This document shows, one piece after another, positions 14,421-27,084 of a DNA stretch of 64,000 nt. This DNA comes from the human T2T-CHM13v2.0 reference genome, Homo sapiens. The stretch is taken from NCBI RefSeq assembly GCF_009914755.1, contig NC_060936.1; one strand, given 5' to 3'. Every line of letters begins with the position of its first letter. Positions within the stretch are counted from its first letter, which is position 1. The notes beneath the pieces are model-generated. The model saw nothing but the letters and a program-made list of their open reading frames with translations, was not told the DNA's origin and did no database searches. Both the position numbers and the translations under genes were made by a program.

Positions 14421-14634
14421 CTTCACTGTCGGTGAGCACTTCCATGCGCCCGCTGAACATGGCCTTCAGCATGGTGTCCTGCTTGGTCAGCGTCTGCATG
14501 GTGGTATAGTAGAGGGCTCCACCCACATTCAGCTTCACGTATTTGGAGCTGGGGCTCGTGCCCTTGAAGGAAGTGGTGCGGGTAGCAGCCGCTGGCACCG
14601 CTGAGCTCACCACACTTTCTCCTGACATCTCTTC
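14421..14634 (-). CDS. KCTD10: KCTD10 exon 2, BTB/POZ first half ([19 protein letters not shown]...[40 protein letters not shown])
   Basis: tggcag acceptor, AAG|gtaagc donor, 214 nt; VKLNVGG BTB motif in ORF 14356..14661. Confidence 0.97.
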
Positions 14635-16849
14635 CTGCCAGTGGAGAGGATACAGGGTCATGACATCAGGCCTGGTTGACTGCTTTCAGCCTGTGGATTC
14701 AATCTGGCCTCCAGATGTGTTTTGCTTGGGCCACGCATACACAGCATTTAAAAGTTTGCTTCCAATGTGGACAACTAAGGAGAGCTCACAGAAAAATCTG
14801 GACTTCTGGCTTCTCCTAAAATCAGAGGCCAACTGGGCTAGCAGGGGAACAACTGGTCAGAGCTGGGGTATTGGATGACCCCTAGAGAGGGCCATGCATC
14901 CCCTAGTTTGTCCCAAAACCCACCCAAAAAGCCTCATACACTGACCCTGCCTGTCGACCCTGCAGGCACAAGGGTGCCCCTAACTCTTGTGTTATAAGCA
15001 CTTCCTTTCTGCCTAGCACCTGTATACATGAACACCCTGGCTGCACCCTAAAACAGCCTAAAGCACTGCCCAGGTCTCTTTACATTTCCTTATTGCCATG
15101 TACCACTCAATAGCTAGCTAAGTGTCATTTTTCAGCTGCATCACAGATGAAATAAGCTTTATGAAGTTGAATGGGATTCCAGCTGGCACTCCTATCACTT
15201 CCTGTAGGGAGAAGGTGTTTCTGAGGACTAAACAACAGACATGGAAACTTTTGGAACCAAGTTATTGCAAAATTAGACCTCCTAGACTAGTGCTGCCCAA
15301 AAGAGCAAGATCCCACTACCATCTCCCTGATAGCATGGCTGACTCTCTGTACATCTCAAAGAAATGGATACAGTGGCTGATTTACGCAGGCCTGGAAAGT
15401 GAGATTGGTATCCGGCACATGTGTACTCAGAGCAAACATGTCTGAAATGAACAGGTAAAACTGTAGAGGTGGAGATGTGCAAGGGTGGGCAGAATCTTTG
15501 CTGAATCTGGGGTAGCCCCCACGGCTGGCCCTACCATTCCCATTGAACATCAACAGTTTTTCACAGCACATCACCCTCAGACAAGGCCACTCTGTGCCCT
15601 TGCGACAAGACAAAAACAGGACCATTCAGTCATCATGTCCGGACACAGACAAAAACATAAACATTATCCAAAATACAAAAATGACCAAAGATCCCCTATC
15701 CTGGCTAATAGGAGTTATAGCTGCTGCTTTACCAATGAGAGGTTTAGCCTCCTTCCATTCTTCCTGCTTTCAAGTCAGGAATCACTGAGACCCAATCACA
15801 GAATTAGCCCTGCTTCCCAGCAGCATCCAACACAGAGCAAAGCCCCACTTCTCTGAACTGTCTCTCAAATCACCCAACACAAGCCCACAGCCCTTCTCTG
15901 AGATGTCCCACAGTTCTTCCCCACCCCAATGCAACAAGGAAATAAACCCAACTTTGCTTGACTACAGGTATGCTCCTCGTGCTTTTTGGCTGCAGGGCAC
16001 TGACAGCACATAACTTGTTTGAACTATTCCCTGAAACTGAAAAAGAATTGTCTAGCTTTTCCAGATTTTCTATAATGAATGGGTACTACAACTATAACTG
16101 GTAAAACACAAGCGTTATTTTTGTAAATGGGACTGGGAGTAAAGGGAGGCAGCTTGCAACAGCAGAAGCAACGCGACAGTCATGGACAATATTCAATTCA
16201 AGGTTATCCAACTCTTCTGGCCAACTCTCCCCAACTCCATGGCACCCAACAGTGGCCTGGATATCACCTGCCATGTCAGGGCCCTGCAGAGTGAAACAGA
16301 GAAAGAACGGCCTCCTGGAAAGAAATGTTTTCTCAAGAAACAGTTCCTTTTTCATCAAGAAAAGTCACAAGAAAATATGTTTTCAAAAGCTCAGGCTTAG
16401 CTCACCTGGGGTCTTTGCTGCCCGATGCCAAACACAAAAGAGGTCCAGAAGAAGCAGTTACCCCTCCTTTCTAGCTGTCCTCTGAAATCAGTCCCCAGAG
16501 ACCTCACACTAACAGTTATGACCAGCCACCTCCCTCAGAAAAATCCTTTGTCCATGGGATGACAGGAGTAGCTTATGGAAATAAAAGTTTCCAAAAACTG
16601 TGAAGACCTCGAAGCGGGGGAGAAAAGGCTTACGGTCATGGGTGAGGGTGTGTGTTGAGGAAATTTGCCCCAAAATGCAAATACTTTTTAAGCACCCCTT
16701 TCAGATCTAATTTTATATAATAAATGCTTGTTATGGGAAACGATCTAGCATTTTGGAAGGTGCCTATCATGAAACAGACAAAAAAGTACATAAAGTATAC
16801 TTCATGTAAAGTCAAAGCACAGTAAATATGTGATATGAAGGATTTTTTT

Positions 16850-17743
16850 CTAATGGCATACTTGTATAGGACACTTACCATGAATGGAGTGTGTAGGCCT
16901 GGAAATTGCTCTGGGTGAGCGAGTGGTGAGTAAATGTGAAGGTCTAGGACATTACTGTACACTACTGTAGCTTTATCAACACTGCACAGGGAGGCCACAC
17001 TACATTTATTTAAAATATTTTTTCTTTCCATAATAAATTAACCTTTGCTTACTGTAACTTTTTACTTTAAAAACTTTTTAATTTTTTTTTAACTTTTGGA
17101 CCCTTTTGTAATAACATAGCTTAAAACACATATTGCACAGCTGTACAAAAATATTTTCTTTCTTTATATCCTTATTCTATAAGCTTTTTTCTCTTTTTTT
17201 ACTTTTTAAACTTTTTTATCCAAAACTACAAAATACACACACATTAGCCTAGCCTACACAGGGTCAGGATTATCAGTATCACTGTCCTCCACATCCTGTC
17301 CCACTAGAAGGTCTTCAGGGACAGTAACACGCATGGAACTGTCATCTCCCGTAAGAATCCCTTCTTCTGGGATACCTCCAGAAGCACCTGCCTGAGGCTG
17401 TTTTACAGTTTTCACTTAAAAAAAAAAAGGCAGGTAGGAGTATATTCTAAAATAACCATTAATAGTAAATACATTAACCAGTGATATATCTATCAAGTTC
17501 ATTACTATTATCGACTATTATGTACTGTACATAATTGTGTGTGCTAGACTTATACAACTGGCAGCAAAGTAGTTCTGTTTACACCAGCATCACCACGAAC
17601 ACGTAATATGTTGTGCTACCACTGAAATGACAGCTACACTATCACTGGGCTACAGGAATTTTTCAGTTCCATTATAATCTTAAGGGACTGTTATATACGC
17701 AGTCTGTCACTAACCAAACTGTCATTATGTGCGCATGACTGTA
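16850..17743. mobile_element. TcMar-Tigger non-autonomous fragments (Tigger2/Tigger3-like), left boundary approximate
   Basis: taggacattactgtacactactgtag; cacattagcctagcctacacagggtcaggat; ends gcgcatgactgTA. Confidence 0.75.
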
Positions 17744-18688
17744 CCTTTTTTGGCTTTCCAATACCTTTTTAAAGATAATTTGCACATAATGAAGTATACT
17801 TTAAGTGTACAGTTTGATGTGTTTTGGTCAATACTTGCACCTGTGTAGCCCCCACTCCAATCAAGCTGTCTTGGAACATTTCCATGCCTCCAGAAAGCCC
17901 CTCGGTGTCCCTTGACCACTGCATTTCTACCACATGCCTTTTACAAATTCAAACAATGCTGGAAGACAGCTATAGTTATTTCCATTTTGTGGATTTGGAT
18001 GCCACAGCCCCATCAGGGTCAGTCACTCTCAAGCTGGAGTTGAGTCAGTGACGGGGCCAGTGAAGGACATGGGCAAGTGGTGGCTGGCCCAGAGACCATC
18101 ACACCTAGTAGATTGAGAGCTATGATACATAAGCTGAGAAAGGCCAGCCTCACCTCCCTTCTTTAAAAAGTACAAAAAGCCCTGAAAATAGTCGCGAGGT
18201 AAAGTGTGGCTAAGGGTTTGGAGTTAGACCTGTGCATAAGGCCCCAGCCCTACCACTTAGTAGCTGTGTCCAGGGCCAAAAGCCTCACCTCCCTCACAGG
18301 GCTCCCTAGCTCTGAGTAAACACTCCAAACACTCAAATTATGATGATTTGAGAATGCTCCCGAAGTCTCAAACTATCTTCTCTTTGGAAACTGTTTCCAG
18401 CTCTAATGGCAGATGGCATGACTAAGAGATAAAGGCAGGAGCCATCCTGATCTAGAATGAGACTACAGATTAGGCAACAAAAGCTCTAAACCTTTTCAGA
18501 GCTCACCCTCTCCAAAGGTCAGTCAACCTAATAGTAGGCAAGGCCCTTGGGGGAAAAGTTTTGGCAGCATTCGTGTCCTTGAGCCCAAGTTACAGTGAAC
18601 TTAGGACACGAGGCAGTGGACCAGAGACCCCCACCATAGCAAACCTCTCTAGGGAGGACTCTCCCCACTGTTGCTACTGGAATCCTGC

Positions 18689-19121
<433 letters not shown>

Positions 19122-20098
19122 AGGATCCTGCTTTTTGACTTGTTTCAAAGGTTTGATTTCATTACCAATGAAGCTGGGGAGGTGAAGCAGGAGACAGCAA
19201 AATTGGTTACATGAAACAGAGAGGCAATGAATACTTGAGATACTGGCTACGGATCTGATTCAATCAGAAGTTTATTCCAGTTAAATGGTCAGTCTCTCTT
19301 CTCTCCATCTCCCCTGAATATAATGTTGCTGATTCTAAACAGTGGCTCTCCAGTTGGTGACAATCGAAATCAGCTGGGAGCTCAAAACTCCTGACACCTA
19401 GGTCCTACCATGAAAATTCTGATGTAATTGGTCCGGGATGTGGACTAGGCAACAGAATTTTTAAAACTCCCTCAGGAGATTTTAAAGCCCACCAAGATTA
19501 GAGCCCACTATTCTAAAAAGCACTGTACCCCTTATTTAAGCTACCATTAACTCCACGGTCTTGGCCCAGTGAATTCCTGACCTGACACATTAAAAACAAA
19601 CCAAAACACCATAAACCAAAGCCAGCCCCCACTTCACAGCTTCAGAGCCACAGGGAGGAAGCAACTGTATGCATGCATGAAAATACAAAAATCAGCTGAA
19701 GGGGGAAAATCATCGACTGAAAAGGAGGCTCAGGCAAGTACAGTAGGAAAAAACGCACCAAATCCCTGACCCCACGTTTTCTATATGCTTCTCTGTAGAA
19801 GTCTTGTGTGCCTGTGTGTGTGTTAAGGAAAACGGGATAGTCTCGGCAAACCTGGATTGCAATCCAGTTCCACCATTTCCTTCGTGAAATTCAAGCAATT
19901 TAACCCAAGTCTCAGTTTTCTAACTTGTAAAATGGAGTGTTAAAGCCATAATCTTCAAAACCCTCAGAGAATGAATGTTAAAGCATTTGGCACCTAGTCC
20001 TTTGTGTAGTTTCCTTTGGGCGTCTCAAACATTGGGATCAGTGGTTCCCAACCCTGGCTACTAGAATCACCTGCGTGTGCTTAAAAAACATGATGCCA

Positions 20099-20402
20099 GG
20101 CCAGGCACAGTGGCTCACACCCATTATCCCAGCACTTTGGGAGGCTGAGGCGGGAGGATTGCTTGAGCCCAGGAATTCGAGACCAGCCTGAGCAACATAA
20201 GACCTAATCTCCACAAAAAAATTAAAAAAAAAAATTAACCGGTCATGGTGGCACACACCTGTAGTCCCAGCTACTCGGGAGACTGCGGTGGGAGGACTGC
20301 TTGAGGCAGGGAAGGTGAGGCTTTAGTGAGCCAAGATAATACCAGTGCACTCTCCAGCCTGGGCGACAGAGCAAGACCCTGTCTCCAAAAAACAAAAACA
20401 AA
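20099..20402 (+). mobile_element. Alu (AluJ-like) inserted in a MER5-like element
   Basis: Dimeric Alu; flanks cagtggttcccaaccctggct... and ...gggattcggatgtgggaccaggg resemble MER5 halves. Confidence 0.9.
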
Positions 20403-21004
20403 CTCACACACACCTGTGCTTGCCTGGGCTACACCCCAGATCAATTAATCAGTATCTCAGAGATGCGGAGGGGTGGCTGATCAGTCACTAGTGTTTAAAA
20501 AGCTCTTTGGGGGATTCGGATGTGGGACCAGGGCTTACTGCCACCTAGCTAAGGTATTTAACCAGCTTTATCTAAGAGTTGCCAGGGATGTGAGGCAAAG
20601 CATCACCTCAGGGGATTCCTACAGCAAAGAAGTTTAAGAAACACTGTATTGAGGCTTGTATAAAACCTTCCCAAACTGAGGGCATTTCTACAACTCAGAA
20701 AAGTCTGCTGTTACATTTCAACTAAACTAAGTCACATAATTGCAGCATTTTACATCCAAAATTTGCTTATAAGACAGCTACCGCCAATTGCAACTGTTCC
20801 ATCAAATGACATTCTCTCCCTGTGTTTAATACACAAACTCTTGGTCTATTTCTCTCAATGTTCTAGTGAGAAAGATGTTTATCATCAACCCCACTTTTTT
20901 GGGGAGAAAACTAGGAATCACACCTATAAGAGCCCTCTGACTCCCAACTCCTTTGCCCCTTTCATTACACAGTCCAAATCAAGAAATCATTAGTCTAATC
21001 CCTT

Positions 21005-21146
21005 GCAGGGCTTGTTAAAACCGATAGATGGGCTCCACCCCAAGAATGTCTGATTCAGTAGTCTCTGACAGGGCTTGAAATTTCAGCCATTTTGAATAAG
21101 TTACCAGGTGTTGCTGCTGGTGGGACCAGAGTTTGAGAACCACTGG
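21005..21146. mobile_element. MER5A-like element
   Basis: gggctccaccccaagaatgtctgattcagtag...gggaccagagtttgagaaccactg. Confidence 0.75.
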
Positions 21147-21949
21147 TTTATGCTGCCTTCTTCCCATCCGCTGGTCCTTATTTTGCACAAAATGGAGCGG
21201 ACTAGTCAACGTCAGCTACAGGATAACTGACTTTTCTTCAGCAGCGTCACTGGGACTGATTTTCCCTTAAGACTGCACTTTCCAGGGACGTGACAAACAA
21301 GCAAGCAAGTAGAAAGAAGATCTGGGCCAATCTTTGGTCATCTCTACCCAGGGACAATGAGCTACTCAGGGAACAGACCCTTGAGGATCCCAAGCAGACA
21401 AACCCCACAGCTGAGAGACAGATCTTGAAACATCCTCCGCTCCTTAGGCGTGGTCACCTCTGGCCTCAATGGAAGTTACAGATAGGTACCCAGGCGCCAG
21501 CTGAGGCACTGAACTCCGTGGCGCAGGTATCCTAACCTCAGGCCCCTGGCATCTCTCCCCAGGATTCCAAGCACTGAACGCACATCAGCCTGCTGGGCTC
21601 TCTCGATTTCTTTCCCTCACTGGGCCGTGTGTTCAGACGCACCTGGGAGCCCCTTCCCCACTTCCTGGAAACTCAGCGACTCCAGCCACAACCTCCAAAA
21701 CGCCAAACGCTCCGCCCCAAGGAATCCTACCTCACCTTCTCATAACCTGCCCATTCATTCTCCTTCATAATCCTCCAAATCCTCATTTTCCACCCCCACA
21801 TGTCCGTTTTCAATTGATATCTCTTTGTTCTCCTCGCAATCACCAACTCCCATCTCCAACCAGCACTCAGGACTCACTTGGAGACACCCCTTCCTCACGC
21901 ACACACGTATCTACTCCGCAAGCCCAAATGTGCTTCCCGGATTCCTAAC

Positions 21950-22870
21950 CGCCAGGGAGCCTCCCTACCACCACCCCCGCCCCTAATTCTCCACCCAAAG
22001 CCCTTCCCCCACCCCGGGCCTTTCCCCTAACCAATCCCCCAAATGCCTCTCCACTATCGTGACTGCCCCTCATCACACCCCCTCCTCTCGGTCCCTTCTT
22101 ATACTCTGCTGCTGCCCAGCTCCCTCGGCCGCCCTCAACCCCTAGTCCATGGGCACCGCCCTCCCTACCATGAAAAGTCGGAGGACGCAGGAGTCTCCAA
22201 ACCCGGACTGAGAGAGGCAGGAAACACCCAGCTCACGCCAGCCGGGGGCGGAGGCGGGGCCGGAGCGATAACTTCCGCTGTCCGCACCCCACTTCCGCCC
22301 CGCAGAGGGCAACGTCTTAAGCCGTCCGTTGTGCGCCTAGGGGCCAGTTTTCTTTCCAGCCTCCCCGGCCGGAGTGGGTTCCAGCTTTTCTCGGCTGGGG
22401 AGGGCATTTATCCCACCTCCGCTATTTCAGCTGCCAGAGGGGAGGCAAGGTGTGGGGAAGTTTTCCTTCCCGGGCGAAGAAGCTCTGCGGAACTGTCATT
22501 TTCCGGAACTGGATGCTTGCTTCCTGGCGGGGTTCTGAAAGCGAACACCGCGGGGCAAGATGGCGGTAGTGCGTCGGCTGCTGCCCCGGGTCTGGCAGAA
22601 CTCGGGTGTTTTGGGCTGAGACAGTGGCAGCTGCGGCCCCGACCCCAAGTGCGGGGACCTCCGGCGAATAAAGGTCGGCCTGCGGGTAGGCCGGTAGGGC
22701 CTGCGGTCCGGCCTGCGGGAGAACTGGGTCGTCAGTCCTCCGAGTGGTGGGGCTGGGGACTTTGAGGGAGTTGGCTCTAGGGCACAGTCCCTGCCTGGCC
22801 AGGTCGGAGGAACAAGTGCTGGGATCTGGCGTGTGTGCTCCAGGGGCTCTTTCCGCGGCCCTTTCCACCT
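21950..22870. promoter_or_regulatory. CpG island / bidirectional promoter shared by KCTD10 and UBE3B
   Basis: Only CpG-dense, GC-rich stretch in the window; GC boxes at about 22244-22260; ETS/GABP ACTTCCG at 22271 and 22291; TTCCGGAA at 22501; YY1-type AAGATGGCGG at 22557-22566; no obvious TATA box between the two 5' ends. Confidence 0.92.
22169..22171 (-). CDS. KCTD10: KCTD10 exon 1 coding part: the ATG only; 5'UTR extends up to roughly 22250
   Basis: Minus strand reads ...cgacttttc ATG|gtaggg; splicing to exon 2 gives MEEMSGES, the KCTD10 N-terminus as I recall it. Confidence 0.88.
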
Positions 22871-23018
22871 CTTTTCACTTTGGGGACGGTAGGCCTTTAT
22901 AAACGGACTAATGCTGGGTGATTTGTTCCTGTGGTTGTTGATGCCGAGGAAAGACTCTGGGCCCCAGGACTCACCTAAACTGGAGTTCGAATACTGTTCG
23001 CTCGCTGTGTGACCTTGG
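22560..23018 (+). other. UBE3B: UBE3B non-coding exon 1 (start approximate) with two candidate donors: AAG|gtcggc after 22673 and TGG|gtgagt after 23018
   Basis: Position directly downstream of the promoter motifs, donor motifs, and agreement with the UBE3B 5'UTR as I recall it. Confidence 0.7.
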
Positions 23019-23135
23019 GTGAGTTCCCTCACCTCTCTGAGCCTCAGTTTCCTTCTGTGTAAATGGAGTAATTAGCAGGTTTCACAGAGGGTGTGAATAC
23101 GTTTTAGTACCGTGCCTGACACCTAGTTCTGAATA
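22965..23135 (+). mobile_element. MIR overlapping the distal UBE3B exon 1 donor
   Basis: MIR core gctgtgtgaccttgggtgagtt...cctctctgagcctcagtttcct. Confidence 0.8.
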
Positions 23136-23403
23136 AAGAAAAACTTGATCGTAATTTAACTCCAGCTTAGCCCCCACAGGCAATCTTGCACTCTCAACTT
23201 CTCTTTGCTTGGCCATTCTGTGAACGGGGGAGCCCTGGATCTTGTTTGTTTTACTTAGTGATAAATAACTGTTTTGGATATACATGGATTCAGATTCAAA
23301 AGCATCCACCTTAGATAGGCTGTAGCTTTCAATAAATAGTAGCTGTTAATATGAATAGTCTCTTTAAGTCGTGTTTCCTATTCTTTAAATAAAAATTAGA
23401 TTA

Positions 23404-23796
<393 letters not shown>

Positions 23797-25273
23797 TCAT
23801 TAAACCTGGTGGCCCAGCTTTTCCTACTGCACAGGGACAATCCTCTTGGCTTAGTCAGCAGTTGGTATTTATGATGCTTCAGCTTTGGAAATATAGAGGT
23901 AAGACAAGAGTCTGAATCCTGCCTCTTAGTTATTACAGCCTTGACTCTGCCACATACTAATGGTCTAGACTGGAGTAGATGAGATCATGAATGATCTTCT
24001 CATAGGACTCCTCTCCTTATTAGATGAGATCACTTATAAAGGACTTGACACATAATGGGCACTCATTTACTTTTTTAAATGATCTTGGTTATCACCAACC
24101 TCTTATTTTCTAATCTTTCTACCTATATGATTCTTGTTTCCCTAACTAGATTGCAAGCTTCTTAAGGACAATACAATAAAGCTCACTTACATGCTACATG
24201 CTTTTAGATATCCTATATTAATATTTTCCCATTTAATCCTAATCACAATGTTGTGATGACTAAATTGAGGTACAAGAAGGATAAATGTTGCATTTAATCC
24301 TTTCAGCAACCCTAGGACATAGACACTATTATTACCCTCGATTTACACATAAGGAAACTGAGGCCTAGAGAGGATAAGTAACTTGGCCAAATGTCGGATA
24401 GAAGGAGTACTAAAAAGAACCAAGGCCCGCTTTCTCTGATGCAAGACTTTTTCTGCTGCGCACAGCCTTTTCTTTGGTTCTCCATGGCATTTAGCAAAAT
24501 AAGTACTTAATAAACACTTGATTGTGTGTTTTATTAATTGACGAACTATAGTATACACTGTGCAGGTGGAGAAGGTATATAGGAAAGGATGAGAAAAACT
24601 GTAAAGTGTAGGCTATTATATGATATGAACAGAAATCAACCAATAACATTGCTGAAGGGATAATAATCTCAAGGAAGGGGATAAGAGTAATTTCTTATTC
24701 TGGGAGGGCCCCTGGGAGAAGTGAAAGTTTTAAGATCGTCTTACAGTGCTTAGGTACAGTTTGCATGCAACTTTGTTTTTCTTTTGGGAAGAGGCTCCCT
24801 CTTCCCCTTCTAATTCCATGGACCCTCTGCCATTGAGGCACTGTCTGCATGTCATGGAGGGAGCATATCATTGTGCTTGTGGCTTGGGCCCTGCTCTTTT
24901 GCAGTCCTGAGGAGCTTGAATCTGTTACTCACTCTAAACAACAGGGCCAGGAGTTCATAGCCCAAGGGACAGGACTGGTGAATCTTAGTGCATTTAAGAT
25001 AGGAAAAAAGTTAATGGGTGAGAAATGTCAGACTGCCAGCATTATTTCCTACCCAGAGAACCTTAGTAACTGTCCAGGTGGGAGCCTCTGCTGAAGAGTT
25101 TTTTTTTTTTTTTAATCCTTGTGTCTATAAAAATAATACACCAGTTAGACTTCCTGACTATACACTCTACAATGTGCACTCAAGTACCTCCATAGGTACC
25201 TGATAAGCATCATCACATTTAGTCCTCATTATCAACCTCTAAGCCAATTAATAGATGAAGATGGAAAGACTCA

Positions 25274-25696
<423 letters not shown>

Positions 25697-25908
25697 TTAG
25701 AAAATACAGACCAATTAAGAAAAATTTCCCGCAATTTCAGTACCTCAAAACAGCCACTGGTAACATGTTGGTATAGTTCATGCTAGTTTTGTATCTGTGT
25801 GTGTGTACATTTTTCTTTAGGTAATTGGGGTCTTATTGGTCCACAGGCAGCCCTTTATTCACTTCTAAGGCATAAACGTTTTTCCATTATCATTAAAAAT
25901 GTCAAACA

Positions 25909-26235
25909 CGCTGAGGCAGGAGAATGGCATGAACCCGGGAGGCGGAGCTTGCAGTGAGCCAATATCGCGCCACTGCACTCCAGCCTGGGCGACAGAGCAA
26001 GACTCCGTCTCAAAAAAAAAAAAAAAAATGTCAAACATGGCCGGGCACAGTGGCTCACACCTGTAACCCCAACTGAGATAGGGTATGGTGGCACACACCT
26101 GTAATCCCAGCTACTTGGGAGGCTGAAGCAGGAGAATCGCTTGAACCTGGGAGCAGAAGTTATAGTGAGCTGAAATTATGCCGCTGCACTCCAACCTCAG
26201 CGACAGAGTGAGACTATCTCAAAAAAAAAAAAAAG
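25909..26235 (+). mobile_element. Two adjacent Alus: 5'-truncated AluY-like right arm (25909-26028) and an older, internally deleted Alu (26039-26235)
   Basis: Alu text separated and flanked by three copies of aaaatgtcaaa. Confidence 0.9.
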
Positions 26236-26543
26236 GAAAATGTCAAATATAATTTTCAGTAGCTCTTTAACATTCCATGACCTCTAAGTTATTTTGCTTC
26301 CCATCACAGCTGTAATTCAACAACAACTTTGGGATTTATTTTCAACATATTCCCTTTAAACTGTGAGGATTGAAGAGATACAGTATAACATTTAGATGAG
26401 ACATTAAATAAAGAGGACCCAGTGGTGTTTTTAAAAAAACATTGGCATTGTAGTTACTACTTTTACTCAGTGAGGAAGATGTATGATACCACACCTATAA
26501 AATTTAACCCTAAGTCTGGATTTTTTTCTTCTGCTTCTGCCAG

Positions 26544-26649
26544 AAAAAATAACAAGCTTTTCTGAAGTGAGAAGCTGTTCTCAGCCACGAGTCCTGTGCA
26601 AGATCACTAATGATTACCTGGCATTTCTGCGACACAGGCAGGTCCTCAG
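26544..26649 (+). other. UBE3B: UBE3B 5'UTR exon 2 (106 nt)
   Basis: Long polypyrimidine tract ending ttctgccag; CAG|gtgaga donor. Confidence 0.8.
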
Positions 26650-26729
26650 GTGAGATCTCCAGACTTTACTGCTGGGGCAGGAAGCGTAAATGATTCAGAA
26701 GATGGCTACCGTTTCTCTCCAAGCCTTTT

Positions 26730-26810
26730 ATAAGTTGGTGCAAAAGTAATTACGACTTAGTGTTTTTTTAAAAAAGTTGAAACCCACAATTACTTTTGTA
26801 CCAACCTAAT
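26730..26810. mobile_element. MADE1 (Hsmar1-derived MITE)
   Basis: About 80 bp with inverted ends taagttggtgcaaaagtaatt ... aattacttttgtaccaaccta. Confidence 0.9.
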
Positions 26811-27084
26811 ACCTTCCCTCCTGTGGTCAAGTGGGCTCTGTTAGTTTGTTTCAAGGATTACTGATGATGTTTGACAGATCACTGTTGAGAAGGGGTCACA
26901 GAGGTCCCTTGATATGTTCATGTGGTGGGAGGCTTGCACCAACTTTTTTTTGGTTATAAAAGGGTATTATTTTATTGTCCTTATTAATACTAATAATAGA
27001 GCACACTTATTAAATGCCTTTCAATAACACGTAATTAATTTAATACCTCTAGGAGATAATACTATTAAGTCCAATGTTTATTTT

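Noticed and set aside
22043-23032. Long ORFs (240, 178 and 148 aa) across the promoter
   Set aside because: GC-rich CpG island depletes stop codons; low-complexity Gly/Pro/Arg/Ala products with no recognisable domain; they span both TSS regions
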